Under the pieces are notes generated by a model, which ran no database searches, had not been told where the DNA came from, and was given only the letters and a program-made list of their open reading frames with translations. A DNA stretch of 64,000 nucleotides from Antedon mediterranea (lineage: Eukaryota; Animalia; Echinodermata), in NCBI RefSeq assembly GCF_964355755.1, contig NC_092670.1, positions 19,454,795 through 19,518,794 of the forward strand, in the 5' to 3' direction. Shown here piece by piece: positions 1-14,700 of this stretch (within the stretch, counting starts at the first letter, position 1; every line of letters begins with the position of its first letter). The translations under genes and the position numbers were made by a program.

Positions 1-1329
1 TAGACCATTTTACAGTTTTAATCAAGTTAATCACTTCCATAGGAAAAATTTTTTTTTTTTCAAAAAAAATAAATGGTTAAATTCAACCAAAAACCCATTG
101 ACTTCCAGTCAATTTGACTATTTTTTGCATTAAATTACAGTTTTTTTAGGTAAATAATTTTTTTTCCAATTTTTGGTTATTGTGAATAACTGATATATGG
201 CATCAAAATGGCATATTCAATCAAAAAAAAGTTTTTTGTTTCAGGGAGGAAAATATATATGAGACTGTTTTTTGTAGTATATTTCATGAACTATATTTTA
301 AACATTCAATAAAACTATGGTTTACTTACATTTTTTCAAAATGGTTTTTCACAAATTATACATGACATAACGGTGTCTTTAGCATGATAAATTGTTTAAG
401 ACACTCAAGCAATGTACTCCGTTAAATGTCATATAGTAGGTACATTATCTATCAATCTAATTCACACATGATCGAAACTCATGCACGTTTTCCAATTACG
501 TTTAATTGACACGTTTGAAACACACGCGAGACCGTCGTTTACATACTCTACACTGTGTCAAACGTGCAATAATTACAGAATCAAACACGATTGTAGAGAA
601 TTTACGGTTTTCTGGATGATTGACAACAAAAAATAAAAAGGTAAAAATGATTAGTAGATTCTGAGTCAATAACACATCAATAATGTACAGTAATGGGTGC
701 AATTTATAGAAAAAATAATTTTACACGATTCATAAAGGGAACTGTATAAAGGGAAATTATAAGCATGATCTGGCAATAAATGGCGTAAGAGTTTAGACTG
801 TACTAAAAGTGATACAGAATAATAAATAGGTGCTCTACATATGATAGCGTTTATACTCAGTGATACATCAGTTTTTATAAAGAAGAATTTGACATGATGC
901 TCAAAAGTTCTATACACAAAAAAACGGAAATTATCAAAATTATAAGCACGATTTGGCTATTGGAGTAAGAATTTGGACCGAGGAACTGTACTAAAATTGT
1001 TACAGTATATAATATATATATAGGTATTTATTCATAAAAAAAAACACATAAATAGTACAAACAGAAGGCAGCCCAACGGCTGAAAAATTCTGCAAACAAC
1101 GTACAAAGTAAAAATTTAAAAGACTCTAACAACAATATAATATATACAAGCACACAGTAAATCAGATCATTAAAAAGCCGTTAAAATACTTTAAAATGCC
1201 AAAAGACCCATATAAACCACAGCATGCGGTAATTACTAATTCGTTAATTATTATTAATGTTATAAACCTACAAGGTTTTAGTTTTAGAAGCTTCATTCAT
1301 TCTATCAATAATGTTAGGGATGGTAGAGC

Positions 1330-1690
1330 GTTTCCAACGATTGGTTTTACACAAGGGGGCATCCAACAAATTAACATTTCTCAAATTGTGACCGCGGTTA
1401 CGATAAGGGAGAAGCATGTATAACGATAGAGTTTAGAGAGTAGTAGCCCCTTCCCAAATTTCATCATCAAGTTATCTCTTCTGGCTTCAAGGGAACATAA
1501 TCCAGACATGGATAAAGCATTTTCATAACTGATGTACTTAGCACCGTAAATACATCTTAGAGCTCTCTTCTGTACCCTTTCAATTCTAGTACATTGGATA
1601 TTGGTTAATGAGCTATGCCACAATGGACACGCATATTCCAAAACTGGACGTGTGTACGTAGTAAAAACAGTTAACAGGTCGTTAGCAAAA
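1330..1690 (-). mobile_element. Non-LTR retrotransposon (CR1/L2-group) ORF2 C-terminal fragment
   Basis: Translation TRPVLEYACPLWH...IERVQKRALRCIYG...SYENAL...LCSLEARR is the typical post-RT segment of LINE ORF2. Confidence 0.85.
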
Positions 1691-3227
1691 TATATGTATG
1701 TTACTGTAGATGTTCTTCATCAGATAGCATTTTAGATTCAGTCGATACATCAATAATAATGGGGGCGATTTATATACGAGAATTTTACAAGATCCGGAAG
1801 GGGACTAACTGCACATGATCTGGAAAGGAAATGATGCTAATTATAATATGAAAACTACATCAAACCATCTGAATATGTCTATATATATCACGCCTTTTAA
1901 AATACAAAGCAAAAATGGTTGTGGAGTATAAAGTAATGTACTGTTACTATCTACTTCCTCCTAAATGCTTGGAAGAGTCACTGGCCAGCATTAAATTATG
2001 CTTCTAATTAACCTGCCAGGCTTTCGAAAGACACAGAGAGAAGAACAATTGTATTTTTTACTTATATTTGAATATACTAGAATGAAATAGATAAAATAAT
2101 GAAATGTAGATTGATTCATGAGAGAAAAGGGAGAGATCTTAATCATACTGTACTTTATCTAACGTTTTAGATGAATGAATATTCAATTTATTATCAAACA
2201 TTTCAAAAATTCTAAGAAGCCTATCTGGATAGTTTTCTTATAGCTGTAGGCTATTTCTTCATTATATATTAACACAAAACATAAGAAAGGATATAAAAAG
2301 TATATTATATACTAAAGATTTTAATTAATTTTGTTTTATATGCAATAACAAACCTTAATAGCATATACACATATAAAACTGTCTATAAATAGCTGTAAAA
2401 CAGGGTTATACTACAAAATAAGTGTATTACATAAAAGATAATATAAAATTAATCTAGATTTTGTACAATAAACGTTTCAAATACTTTGCCATTTCATCTA
2501 GTTAAAAGCAATATTTGTATAGCCTACAATGCACTTTATAACAATAAACTTTCCAACAAAAATTAAAACGCAGAAAGTGACTCATCAACTGTCAAATAGC
2601 AGGCTGACAAATGCTATTTCTTATAAAATATGAGCCACAGTTACATTACTTCTGTCAACAGTTGAGTCATAAGACTAGGAAACGAGACTTATGTATGTAA
2701 GAAAAGATATAAAGCATTCCAAAAATATTCCAAGAGGGACGTCTGGTGATGTCCAATTGATATGTCTGAGTATGGTGTGTTCTGGGGTATTGGTTTGCAG
2801 ATTGGGTTCAAGCCTGGAGTAGGCCTAATAATTATTACTCCACATAGTAGATACTACAGTCTTCTATTATCAAAGTAGGCAGTAATTTATACAACATACT
2901 GTTTTAAGCATTCCATTTTAAACATGGCCTAGGTAACACTAATATTAGTTGATGAACATGGGAATTATTTTTTGGGGTTGTTATAAGACCAACTCTAGCT
3001 TAATGAAATGTATGGGAAATTACTTTTAAAACCATAGGATAATGAAGGTGGTGGGTAAGTACTATAGTAGGAAATAGTATTCATTTCACATCGTCTAGAA
3101 AAACGGAGTTTACACACATCGGGGCGCACACCGCTGATTTTGATGGCATGGTGTGTTAACAAGAGTTTTTATAGAAATAGATAGAATCTTCAAAGTAGGC
3201 CAATGATAAAAAAACAGCAATGTGTAA

Positions 3228-3377
3228 AGCTCTGTCTACAGTATCAAACTTTATGTGACAAAATATGTGATGTGCCCATGATAGATAGATCATATCACCA
3301 TATTTGGGAATATCTCTACCATATTTGGGCACATCACACCTATTTTGTCAAACTAGTTTGATAGTGTAGACAGAGCT
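3228..3377. mobile_element. PIF/Harbinger-like MITE (family H)
   Basis: TIR AGCTCTGTCTACACTATCAAACT; internal 21-bp ATATCACTACCATATTTGGGC units. Confidence 0.8.
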
Positions 3378-3997
3378 TAGTTTGATGTACATTACACATC
3401 CACAGGGGCATAACTTAGGAACCCTAAGTGGCCCCCCAACGCTGGAGGTCTAGGGCGTTTTTAGCCCTTTTCAAAATATTTTTATGTCTATTTTCCTCTG
3501 GGCCAGTGAGTGCTCATAGCCGTTAAGCCACTGTGCATCCATGGTTAGTACAGCATCATCCTTGACAATGCTAATTAAAATATGATGAATAATTATTAAT
3601 AATATAAGAGTTTTGAATTTTAAATTGACCCTATAAGGAGGATGGTAACTGAAGGTATACAAAACATCCTTTCTTATTAATATTATCCTTGACATTGATT
3701 AAAATATTAGACAAAAGGTTATTGTGGTTTGGGTATGATGTTCAGAAAATGTAATGTTTCTAATTGAGTAATTAAAAAGGTACTTTTAAATATATCAACC
3801 TTAGCCCATGTAATTACATTTTAATTCAATAAATAAATGGTAATTTTATTACAATAACAGCACAAATCGTTAATTCTGTTTGTTTTTAAAAAACGGTAAT
3901 ATCAACAAGTAAACAAATATGTTTTATATGGTATAAGTATGGATAAAATTATGTTTAACTAGAAATAATAGAAATGATAAAAACAAATTAATAAAAA

Positions 3998-4350
3998 AAA
4001 AATTGCTTTCAAACGTTTCTATAAATATTTAAGGATGTTTAAAAGGATAAACCTATTAAATTGGACTTACTTGTTGTTAATAATAAGTAAGTCCAGTTGA
4101 ATATATTTATATTTTTAAACTTAATCCATACTCGTATTTATGGATTTTATCAAACAGATTTGTTAAATTAAATTTTAAACAAAAATAGCTTTCAAATGTT
4201 TCTATAAATATTTATGGATGTTTAGAAGGATAAATCTATTCAATTGGACTTGCTTGTTGTTAATAATAAGTAAGTCCAGGTTGAATATATTTATTTTTAA
4301 AAACCTAATCCATACTCGTATTTATGGATTTTATCAAACAGATTTGTTAT
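3998..4350. repeat. Tandem duplication of about 185 bp
   Basis: GCTTTCAAA..TTTCTATAAATATTTA...ATCCATACTCGTATTTATGGATTTTATCAAACAGATTTGTTA occurs twice. Confidence 0.85.
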
Positions 4351-5675
4351 ATTATTTGTTATGGTAGACATTTGAACTGGAGACATACTCATAGTACAGA
4401 GAACCAGGTGCTTTAATCAAACAAAATGCTGTCATATGAAGTGGATCTCTCTTCTAAATCTTAAATTTAATGTTCTAAACTACATTATAATCTATGTTCA
4501 CATTACAAACATCCTACATTTAGCCATGAATGTTATTTTTCTGGCACAGGTAACCTTGATATAAATGTTTGCAATGCTGAACGGCAAACTCTTCTAATGC
4601 GCTAAATATGTTTTGCAGCAATGTAAGATTCCGTAAGCTATTTTAAACAACACTGCTTCTGGCAACATAAGGTGCTTGGCCTAGTTTTCTACGGCCAAGA
4701 TTACAAATCCTTTTCAAAAGATAACTTCAAGTGTTATCTATCACTATCCTGTATTAATCTATAATTTTTTAATACGCAATTGTAACCATATTGTTCTTAT
4801 TTGATAACTCATTGGATTAATATCAATTTTGTCATTCATATCTCTGGAATGAATTAATAAAAGACGTGTGATTGTTTTAAAGTATTGCATAACCTTCATG
4901 AACAACCAACATCTTTTGGTTATTCAAAATTATATTCATCTGTGATCATTGAAGGTCATCAGAATAAATAAACATATTTTATTTTGTTATTTTGTACTTT
5001 TACTTTGTTAACTACAATGACTAATGTCGAACTGAATAAATATAAAGATTTTTAAATTTGTTGTTTATTTGTGAGTTTTTTTTTGTATTCCCAGTTCTGT
5101 GTTGGGCCATTGATATATAACCAGGTAATGGTATAGTCCAATGGGGGCCTGGGTACGAACTTTGGCAAAAATTAGGGGGTGAAATTATACTCAAGTATGC
5201 ATGGGATTTTATGTGACTATATACAGTATTTAATTTGCATTCTTGTATCTGAGAGTACTCTTGGGAAAAAGTGACTACATTCCTGGCAAATAAAACTTTT
5301 TAGATTTAACATTAGAAATATAAATTCTACGAAAATCTGGAAATAGAAAAACTAATTGAAGTTGAATGCTGTCAATGTCTAGTTGTTGATTACTGTAGCA
5401 GTCACCGTCTGAACAAGGATTAAGTCAAATAATCATTTTAAGCAAATTTAGCACCTCTTACGTACTCAGCTTTTCGTTAAGCTTGTTAATGAGCCTCATT
5501 AAGTTTGACAGTTTGTGAAACATTGACTTTATGTAATAGCATTCTGTCTTTATCAATGTGTTTTAACGTCAATGGAATTTGCAAGATTATTTAAGAACAC
5601 CAAACGTCAGATGCAATCAATTTTAATCTTTACGATTGAATTCTTAAAAAAATGACGAGATAACAGTGTACCCAC

Positions 5676-5788
5676 CTGGAGATCTGAAAAATGTCTTGCG
5701 GAGTGATGCATCTGCTAGATCATAAACCTCAGACGTCAAATTAAACCACCGTCCTGCCACCGGTGGCGCTCGTCGGAAATCCAGAATT
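5676..5788 (-). CDS. FAM20C: FAM20C coding exon 5
   Basis: Encodes [37 protein letters not shown]; flanked by TAG and GTGGG. Confidence 0.93.
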
Positions 5789-8700
5789 CTACCAAAACAC
5801 AAATATTCATATATATAGATTTAGCATTGGGCCTGAATCTTTACACAAATACAACTTAAAACAAAAAATGTCAAAGTTCATATTCAGAAAGATCATAATC
5901 TTTAAGTATTGCACAATTTAAAAACTAAACTTAATTTAAACGTTATTCAATAATAATATTAAAGTTTTCTTGGCATCATAAAGGAACCATACAAGCCCCC
6001 TTTATAAGCCTCATATGTGACAGGCTATATCCTGTGCTATAATTAGCCATCACTTGTTCACAATTCAATAAACTTGGAACTAGATAGACTTTTTATTTAG
6101 ATAATATTTTTAAAATACAAGGTATATGGTTTGCAATACATTTGTCTTTCATTTTGCTTGTGTACTTCTGTAAAATATTTACTTCAGTTGATCTGGCAAA
6201 ACAGCAAATTCAGTGTAATAACTGCAGTAAATGCTGTAATAACTGCAGTAATTGCTGTAATAACTGCAGTAATTGCTGTAATAACTGCAGTAATTGCTGT
6301 AATAACTGCAGTAATTGCTGTAATAACTGCAGTAGAAAATTTTAGCAACAATAATATAAACTGCTGTAGCTTTGCTTTAAGGAGCTGTTTTGCCAAATAT
6401 GACAATTGTACTGAAATTGTGCAAATGATTCTTTGGTGGGACACAGATCACTAGTCTAATTTATTGTATATGCAAACAGTTTTTTACAGTGAACATACTT
6501 GTACAGTATGTTAACACACATGGGACATATAGAATTTGATTTCATCTTTAACAGGAAATTAAATGTCAATACAAATCAAATTAAATGTGATGTATAAGGT
6601 GAATTACAGGATTGACAAGTAAATAACATTGTCATTGTTGACAGTGGAGTAGTTGTAGGTTGACAGTTCGTTTATAATGTCTACAGGATCCTGGGTACAA
6701 ATCCTGTCAGATTCTTCCCACTCCAAAAGACTTGTGTAAAGACTTTATGCAGAGCATTTTGTGTGACAACTGATGACAGTGATGTCAACTGGTGACAGTG
6801 ATGTCAACTGCAGACAGTGATGCGAACTGGTGAAAGTGATGTCAACTGCTGAAAATCAGGAGATGACAACTAGCCAGTGAAGAGCATCACTATCATCATC
6901 TTCATTTAACCATCGTCAGTCAACTGCTGGACAAAAGCCATAGCACGCAGGTTCTACATACCAGTTGGCAGATCCCTAATATTTTTTTATTTTGTCTATT
7001 TATTGTTTCCGCTGCCATTCTCCAATTCTTTTTCCTTCCATTGGTGTACAAACTGTTTTATACTCCACCTGTCTACAGTTGATGTGACCTTCCCATTTCT
7101 GTTTCCTGCATTTGATTTTTTGCGGTATTCCATTTGTACTGCACCCATTTGTTGTGGCCGTTGTATATAATACTGTATACAGATAACTATGTATATCATA
7201 TTATATATTGAAGAGTGTATGATATAAACAATGATAATGATAATCATGATCTTGATTATTACCTGTCTAGGTGAAATGCTGCTATCTCTGCATTATGCCT
7301 TTCAATATCAGAGAAATAAAAATGATTTGGTAACGTCTCATATTCTCTTGGCACTCTGCAAAAAAATATAAATATTAAAAAATCTTCCCCAGAGGCTTTC
7401 TGGTAACGCTATATATTTGAAATTTGATAATATATAATGTCTTCCCTTCAGTTCTATATTGTTCCATCAGTATATTACACTTTTAAGCAATTTCAAAGAT
7501 GTAAAAATACAAATTCGGATAGGAAGATTTTCCTCATCAATAAATCTCACCCAGGGAGACGATTCTCCTGACAAAATTCTCATCATAAACCTTTGCGAGA
7601 CAAAATAGATAAAAATTGTTGACAATGTAGACGGATTTAAATTTGCCTTTACCATAAACGATATTTAAAGAATAATTGCTTCCCACGGGATGCAGTAGAA
7701 CATCACAATTGATTTATTAGATGTTTGCAACAAAAAGTACAATAAATCTTCTGACAGTTAAATTGTCAATCGCTGGCTATGTAGACAACAATAAAGATTG
7801 TAAACCCATGTAACGCGTGACTGGCCCGCACGTAAGCATTGATAGAAAGGTGTAATTAGTACATGCAGAATTAAATTACAGCTTTCATTGCCACTTAAAA
7901 CTGACTGCTAAGATATTGATATTAGTATAACAAACGTCAAACCAGGTAGTAAGGATATCTATAGAAGTTAAAGATGATGCTGATTAAACATATTATATGA
8001 TCATGATTTATCTCTGTATTATGGTGATTATAAATCCAACTTTAGATTTTACAATATTAATCTGTTGATCCCTATTTAATCCTCGATTATGCATTAAATG
8101 TGACAATGACTGATGACTACCTATGTAATGTAATACAATACATTGATAATTCAAAAGAGTTGCCATTTGATTGGTAGTAGTTCGTATTATGTGACATTCA
8201 TTATTAGTTCTATTGCATGGTAACAGTTCTATTTAGTGTTTCTATTTAATTCTATCATGACAGCTGTATGTAAATTTTGTTTAAATTTTGTATCATGTGA
8301 TGCTGGTGACTGTTGCACATTTGAAAAACCACCTGTAGAATTGCGCTATCTATAATCACGGCCAAAATCCTTAATTTAATTACTCAGCTCAACCTGAACA
8401 CTAAATTCTTATTTGTCCATCATCAAAATAAAAAAAACAGAAATTTTTCTTGGAAGATTGCCAAATATAAATAAAATTTGATCTCTGGTGCGAGTGTGTA
8501 AAATTAAGGGACTAGTGCTGTTCAGCCATATTACACCGAGAGTGTTAAAGAGTCGCTATCCAATCGAGCTTGAACAATACCATGAAAGCCCCAATGGTCT
8601 AATGGTTAGGACATATGCATATCAAGCAGAAGGTTCTGGGCTCGAATCTCGGTTGGGGGGACTTTTTCTCATTCTCACAGATATCCTCATCTTTATTGAA

Positions 8701-11700
8701 AGTTGAAAAGCATTAAAAATTGACCTAGAACAGCTGATCTTTCAACTCATGACAATTCTCCCAATTCAACTCATAAACTTTCACTATTATACTGATGGAT
8801 TGTTCAATTTTATTAATATATCCAGGTAAAATATAACACAATTACACAAAATAATTGCTACAAATACCATATGAACAGCAATCAATTAATATTACAAAGC
8901 ATTTATGATTTTTCCATGCTAAAAATAATTTACAATTTATCAAACCTCGTTAAAAATCAATGTCTAATTACTTTAGAACTATAAAATACCCTTGAGCGAT
9001 TGGTAGGATTTTATATTATAGCCACTTAGTCTAAACCATTTAGTTAATTGGCATTTTAATGTTTTCTTTATAATTGCTATACATTTATATAAAATTTTTC
9101 CTTTCTCCAATTGTAAAAAATACAGTAATTTTCTTTAGTTTTTCTTTACTAAATGTTATTTGATTTTGATTTTAATTTACTGTATTTCATTAATCATTTT
9201 GTATTTATGCAGAAAGTTAGGAAATAAAAGAAAATTTAATTTAATTCTGAAAGATTCATCTAATAGACTCCAAATATATAATCACTTTGTGTGACTGAGA
9301 TATTGTACTTTTTGAGAAAAAAAGGATGTGGAGAACTTTGTGTTAAGTAAAAATTGGTTGTGTGATGGTAATTGGTGTTAATTTCTGTTTCTACCTCCAA
9401 AAACTGCACCTGACCATCCTACTCACCTGGGGCCTTGGTTCTTATATATAGTGCATTGCATATGAATATCTTAATGCACTATACAGTTAAATCACAACAT
9501 GTTGAAAAGAGACATAAAATACAACATCATGTAGTCATCATGAAAATAAAGCAAACATTTAAAACTGGTAGCAAACAACTATCATAGTAAGAGTGGGGTA
9601 AATATGTTTTCAATTAACACTTTAGATTATTATTTTCTATTAAATTATCTATTCCCAACCATGTGTTTTCATACTGAAAATATCAGTTGCGCTTTAAACA
9701 TGCTTATGAAAAAAATGATTTCATATAATATTTCACTGTAATCTGATTCTGTGTGAACATAAATCATTCGATGATGAAAGCATAACAACTTGATAGAGTC
9801 GCCGAATGTCACAAGGCAAACTAATTTGTTAGATAAAAATACATTACGGGTATTAAATGTAAGATAAAGATATCCTTTACATAATCCAATTCATAAGAAT
9901 TCATTTGAATCTGTCGGAAAAGAACTTTGAAAGCATCATGCAGTTTTGTTTTACTGCAGTAACTGCAGTACATTTACTAATTAGATAAATATAATTAATT
10001 AATTTTGACTTCTTGATGGTTTTTGTATTCAAAATTCAAATGGATTCACCTCAAAATTACGTATGCATCATTACATCTTAATTAAAATCTGCTTTTCCAT
10101 AAGTTAATACAGTACAGGTAATTTATTTACAAATTCATTAATTAACTTTCATAATAAACATAGTCTTCATTACATTTATTCCTAATTGTTTATTATTTAT
10201 CCATTTTCTCTCTGTGTCTCTGTGAACAGGCGCCGATTTAGGCGGGAGGCTAAACAGGCTTTAGAAAACAGCATCGTTTTAAAATATAATAAATATTTCT
10301 GCAACCCGACAGATAGTTTTATCATTTATTAAATATATAGCAATTCCCCCATATTCTATAATACTGGATCCACCCTAGATGAAACCCAATAGCTAGTGGG
10401 CTGATTATTTCCTAGTTCTAGGGATAACCAAGACCTCACCATTGTGAATATAAACCAGGTGATCTGAGCACAAATATATGAATTACAACACATCACTTCC
10501 CTTGACGAAGTATTTATGGTTGCAACAACATGCAATATCGCTGAGCTTCGTATCCGATGAACATATAAATTTACATCCACTCTGTTTTATATTCTAACAC
10601 AGTTTGTATACTCCGTAGAGGTATTAAATGAGGCATTTATTAGAGTTCTGATGTTCCCACGGAATTAGAAACTCGTAACGGCTACTCTTTGATTTTGAAT
10701 AAATGTATTAACGGCACGCATACTTCAACTTTGTTTTTATTGACATTTTGTTATGATCTGTTTTTTTCTCATGTCATTTCAGTTTTGTACGACATCAACT
10801 ATACATTGGAGAATTTTTCATTCTATAATTTTTGTTATATGAATAGTATGAATAATTATGATGAAAATATAGATTTAATTAATAAAGAAACAAATAAATA
10901 TCTGATATTATTACTATATATGAATAAACATTTATTTAACTAACCTGAAATCACTAAAAAGTGAGATAGTTTTGTTAATTTAATTTGGACTAGCAGGTAC
11001 GCAACATACAGCTACCTAATCCACTCTTGTACAAATGATTAATTGTAACAATATTAGGAATAAGAACAAATGCAGATATGGAGTTAAAAACGTTATTAAT
11101 ATTTTAGCAGCAAAGTGCAGCTTATAGTCACTAATGTAAAATGCTTAAGACATGGAAACTACAATTTTATGACAAAAATTACCACAAATTTCCCCCCAGG
11201 GGGAATGTGCGAATGACGTACAACAAATCTTGTCCCCAAGAGTAAGTGAAAGTTTAAACAGAGTTCGCTCGGCAAATCAAGAAACAACTCTGAATTAAAT
11301 TGCAGATTGATCATCATAGACAGCCGACATTTCAGAAATTTATCATATTTTTTATTTCTGTGATTGAAAAATTAATGCTGACCTGTTATGAATATTTTGT
11401 TAGTGCGGTTTACTTTTTTTTTTAAACCAATACCATTAAACAATCTTTTGGATTCATAAAATAATATTATATAAAACGGTATTGAAGCTTTAACAAGAGC
11501 GGTAAGGTTAAAGCTGCTCTAGACATCTTGCTTAAATATAAGATTAATACATACTTCAGTACCTGCAGTAGGCAATACTTACTTCCAAGGCTTAAAGAGT
11601 GCTTGGCCACCATCTTCAAAATCAATAACAAGCTTTATTTGAGTTCCTCCTTGTTTCTCCTCTTAAAAAGACAACACAGATATTTGATTATAGGCTAAAG

Positions 11701-14700
11701 CTCTGTCTACACTATCAAATTTTATGTGACAAAAAAATGTAATGTGCCCATATATGGACATGATGTCATATCACTACCATATTTGGGCATATCACTACCA
11801 TATTTGGGCATATCACTACCATATTTGGGGGCACACTTCTTTTGTCAAACTACTAGTTTGACAGTACAGACAGAGCTTAAATAAATTCTGAAAATAACAT
11901 TAATATGAGAACCATTAGTGTGTTTAATTTAAGGAAGATAATCTAAAACACTAAATTATAATTGAAATTTACAACTATAATTAATTGGAAATTTAATCCT
12001 ATAGAATTAGCCATTAATGGGAAAGCGCCAGGTTAGCTATCTTGAAATCATACAGGTAGGTTGGAGTCCCAGTAAACATTTTTCAAGCTTTTTCATAATG
12101 TGCACAAACTAAAATTTATTTATTTTTGTTTAATTTTAATTATTTATTAGTACATCATTCAATTTTAATCAAAAATTCATAATTTAATATTAACAGTTAA
12201 TTACTTTTCAACTACCCATCAATTGTCTTATCAGTTAAGTGCACAAATGCAAGTAAGCTTGGCACGAAGTAGACTCAATCATATCAAATTCCATTGTATA
12301 TACATAATATAATTTCACCGCGATATAATTGTTCAATTATTGATTAATTATCAGGTAACGCTCATTATAATCAATTGTTGCCAAACACAATTAAGTGGGA
12401 AATTGATCTAATTCAAGATGTTGGAAATGGTTGGCTGTACTGTACAGCCAATACTACTAGCGGCATCAAGGTTTTAAGATCAAGATCGATTTATTTACCA
12501 TTGAGAATGCTCAATAGAAATTGCAATTCAACAAAATTTTATAAGCCGAATTTCACTTTTGACCAATTGAATCGCATTTAGAGAATGGTTACACATTTTT
12601 TTCGATGATAATTCACACCCATGCTTGATAATATAATATTTCCTGCCCCGCCCCTTTACTGAACTATAAAATAATATTTTATTTATTTTAATATTTTCTA
12701 TACAAACATATATATTATATATTAATATAACTCATAATGATTTACAGGGGCAGATCCAGCATTATAGATTAGGTGGGGGGGGGGGGGGGTCTAAATATTT
12801 CATAAATGATCCATCCATCAGGTTGCAGAAAAATAAAAATAGTTATTATTTCGGCTACTAAATCTGAGGTGTGGGGAGGGGATACTGGCTAAGGCCTAGC
12901 CCCACCTAAATCCGCGCCTGATTTATGTTGTGTTGAAATTTTTCCAATACAAATTTCTCAAGTGCAATCAAGATTCAAATTAGGAAGTGCAAACATTGCA
13001 ATTATGAACACAATTCTCAATTTATTTATCCACCTCTATTCAAGCATGTTTGTGAGGCAGCTTACCGACTTCAAATACTGGATGCTGTCGTAGATACTGC
13101 ATTAAATGATCAATTCTTGAATTATTGAAAGAATATAACTCGAAACGATTTATGTTGTGTTGAAATTCCTCCCAAACCCGCATTCGATAACGTCTGAAAA
13201 AGAAAATCATGAAGGATAGTTATTTGTACAACAACAACATGGATTTTCTGGACAGAATTAAAAAGAGTTATATTGATAAGTGAGTGAGTAAATGTCTTAA
13301 TATTACACACTAAAACAACACACAAGGCCATCGTTTTAAAATATTAATCTCTCTGTTTCATATCAAATTGAAAATTGGTGTTAAAATAAGAATTAGGAAT
13401 GGTGAATAATTGTGTAGTAATAAGTCTTCAATAACAATTTCTACTTCTCGAGTTAATATATCTCGCTCTTTGAGGAGAAAGGACTATTGTTGGTTTATCC
13501 AGGTAAGTTAGGCATGAAATAGACTGTGTAATAATAATTGGCATGAAACATATTTACATATTTCAATTTAATAAAGAGTGAAATGAGGAATTAATATACT
13601 TGTTATGCGCGATTTGAACGATTTGCGCAAAAAAATCCTTGCGCAATTTGAAATTGCGCAAAGAATTCTTGCACAATTTAAAATTGCGCAAGGATTTTTT
13701 TGCGCAATTTCAAATTGCGCAATCAACTTGCGCAATTTCAAATTGCGCAAGAAAATCTTTGCGCAATTTTAAATTGCGCTGCACAATTTGTAAATTGCGC
13801 AAGATAGTTCTTGCGCAATATGACACCTTTGCGCAATTTGAAAACGAACTGTAAATTTTCAAATTGCGCAACAAAATTCTACCAGACAATCGGTATTATA
13901 ATAATTTATTGGAAACTAAATAAATCAAAATAAAACATAATAAATGCGAAGATAACATGTGTATAATAAATACATAACATTTATTATTACAATTAAATAA
14001 TATTATCACTGTAACTTGAAATAAATCAAAATAAATGTAAAAATTAAGTTTTTAATATTAGTTTAAGCTAGGCCATGTAACCTAGTCAGTATCAGGAGTC
14101 CAGACCCTAGCTAGGCTAGAGTAGTATAGCCGGCCGCCCGCGCCGCGCCCGCCTGGTGGAACACCACCGCTTCGTTTTCCTTCGTCGGTTCTTCGACGGT
14201 GTGCTAACTTATAACAATATTTGCACTACTAAAATAAGGAAATGCGATATTTATCTTTAATTTTGAATCATTCTTAGAAATTACTATAAAAATATGGGTG
14301 TGCATGATTTCACAATCTGTCGAAAAACCTTGCGCAATTTGCAGATTACTGGCGCAATTTAATACGTTGCTTGCGCAATTTGAAACACATGTTTCAATTC
14401 AAATTGCGCAAGGATTTTTTTTGCGCAATTTCAAATTGCGCAAATCGTTCAAATCGCGCATAACATACTCAATAACTATTTGTGACTCAGTCTCTATATC
14501 TATGTTTTGAAGCAAGACTTGCAACATGTATAAGCGTTTAAAAGAGCTACTTAAATAAATCTTCTGAAAAGTGTCTGTCTTCTACAGTTAGCATTTGCAT
14601 GCTGAAACGAAATACTTAGATAATTGTATTTTACGTCACTTAATTGAAAAAGTGTGAACGAGAATAATTTAAACAACTTTAGGCATATATCGGAAAATCT

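Noticed and set aside
6131-6454. ORFs with (VITAVIA)n or (CCNNCSN)n, resembling metallothionein
   Set aside because: Translations of a 21-bp minisatellite inside a FAM20C intron.
8588-8661. Functional tRNA gene
   Set aside because: Stems and anticodon arm do not pair properly; better explained as a SINE head or pseudogene.
13568-14510. Repetitive ORFs (LRNLKLRK / AQFEIAQ), also at 41687-42522
   Set aside because: Products of TTGCGCAA repeats in the MITE arms.
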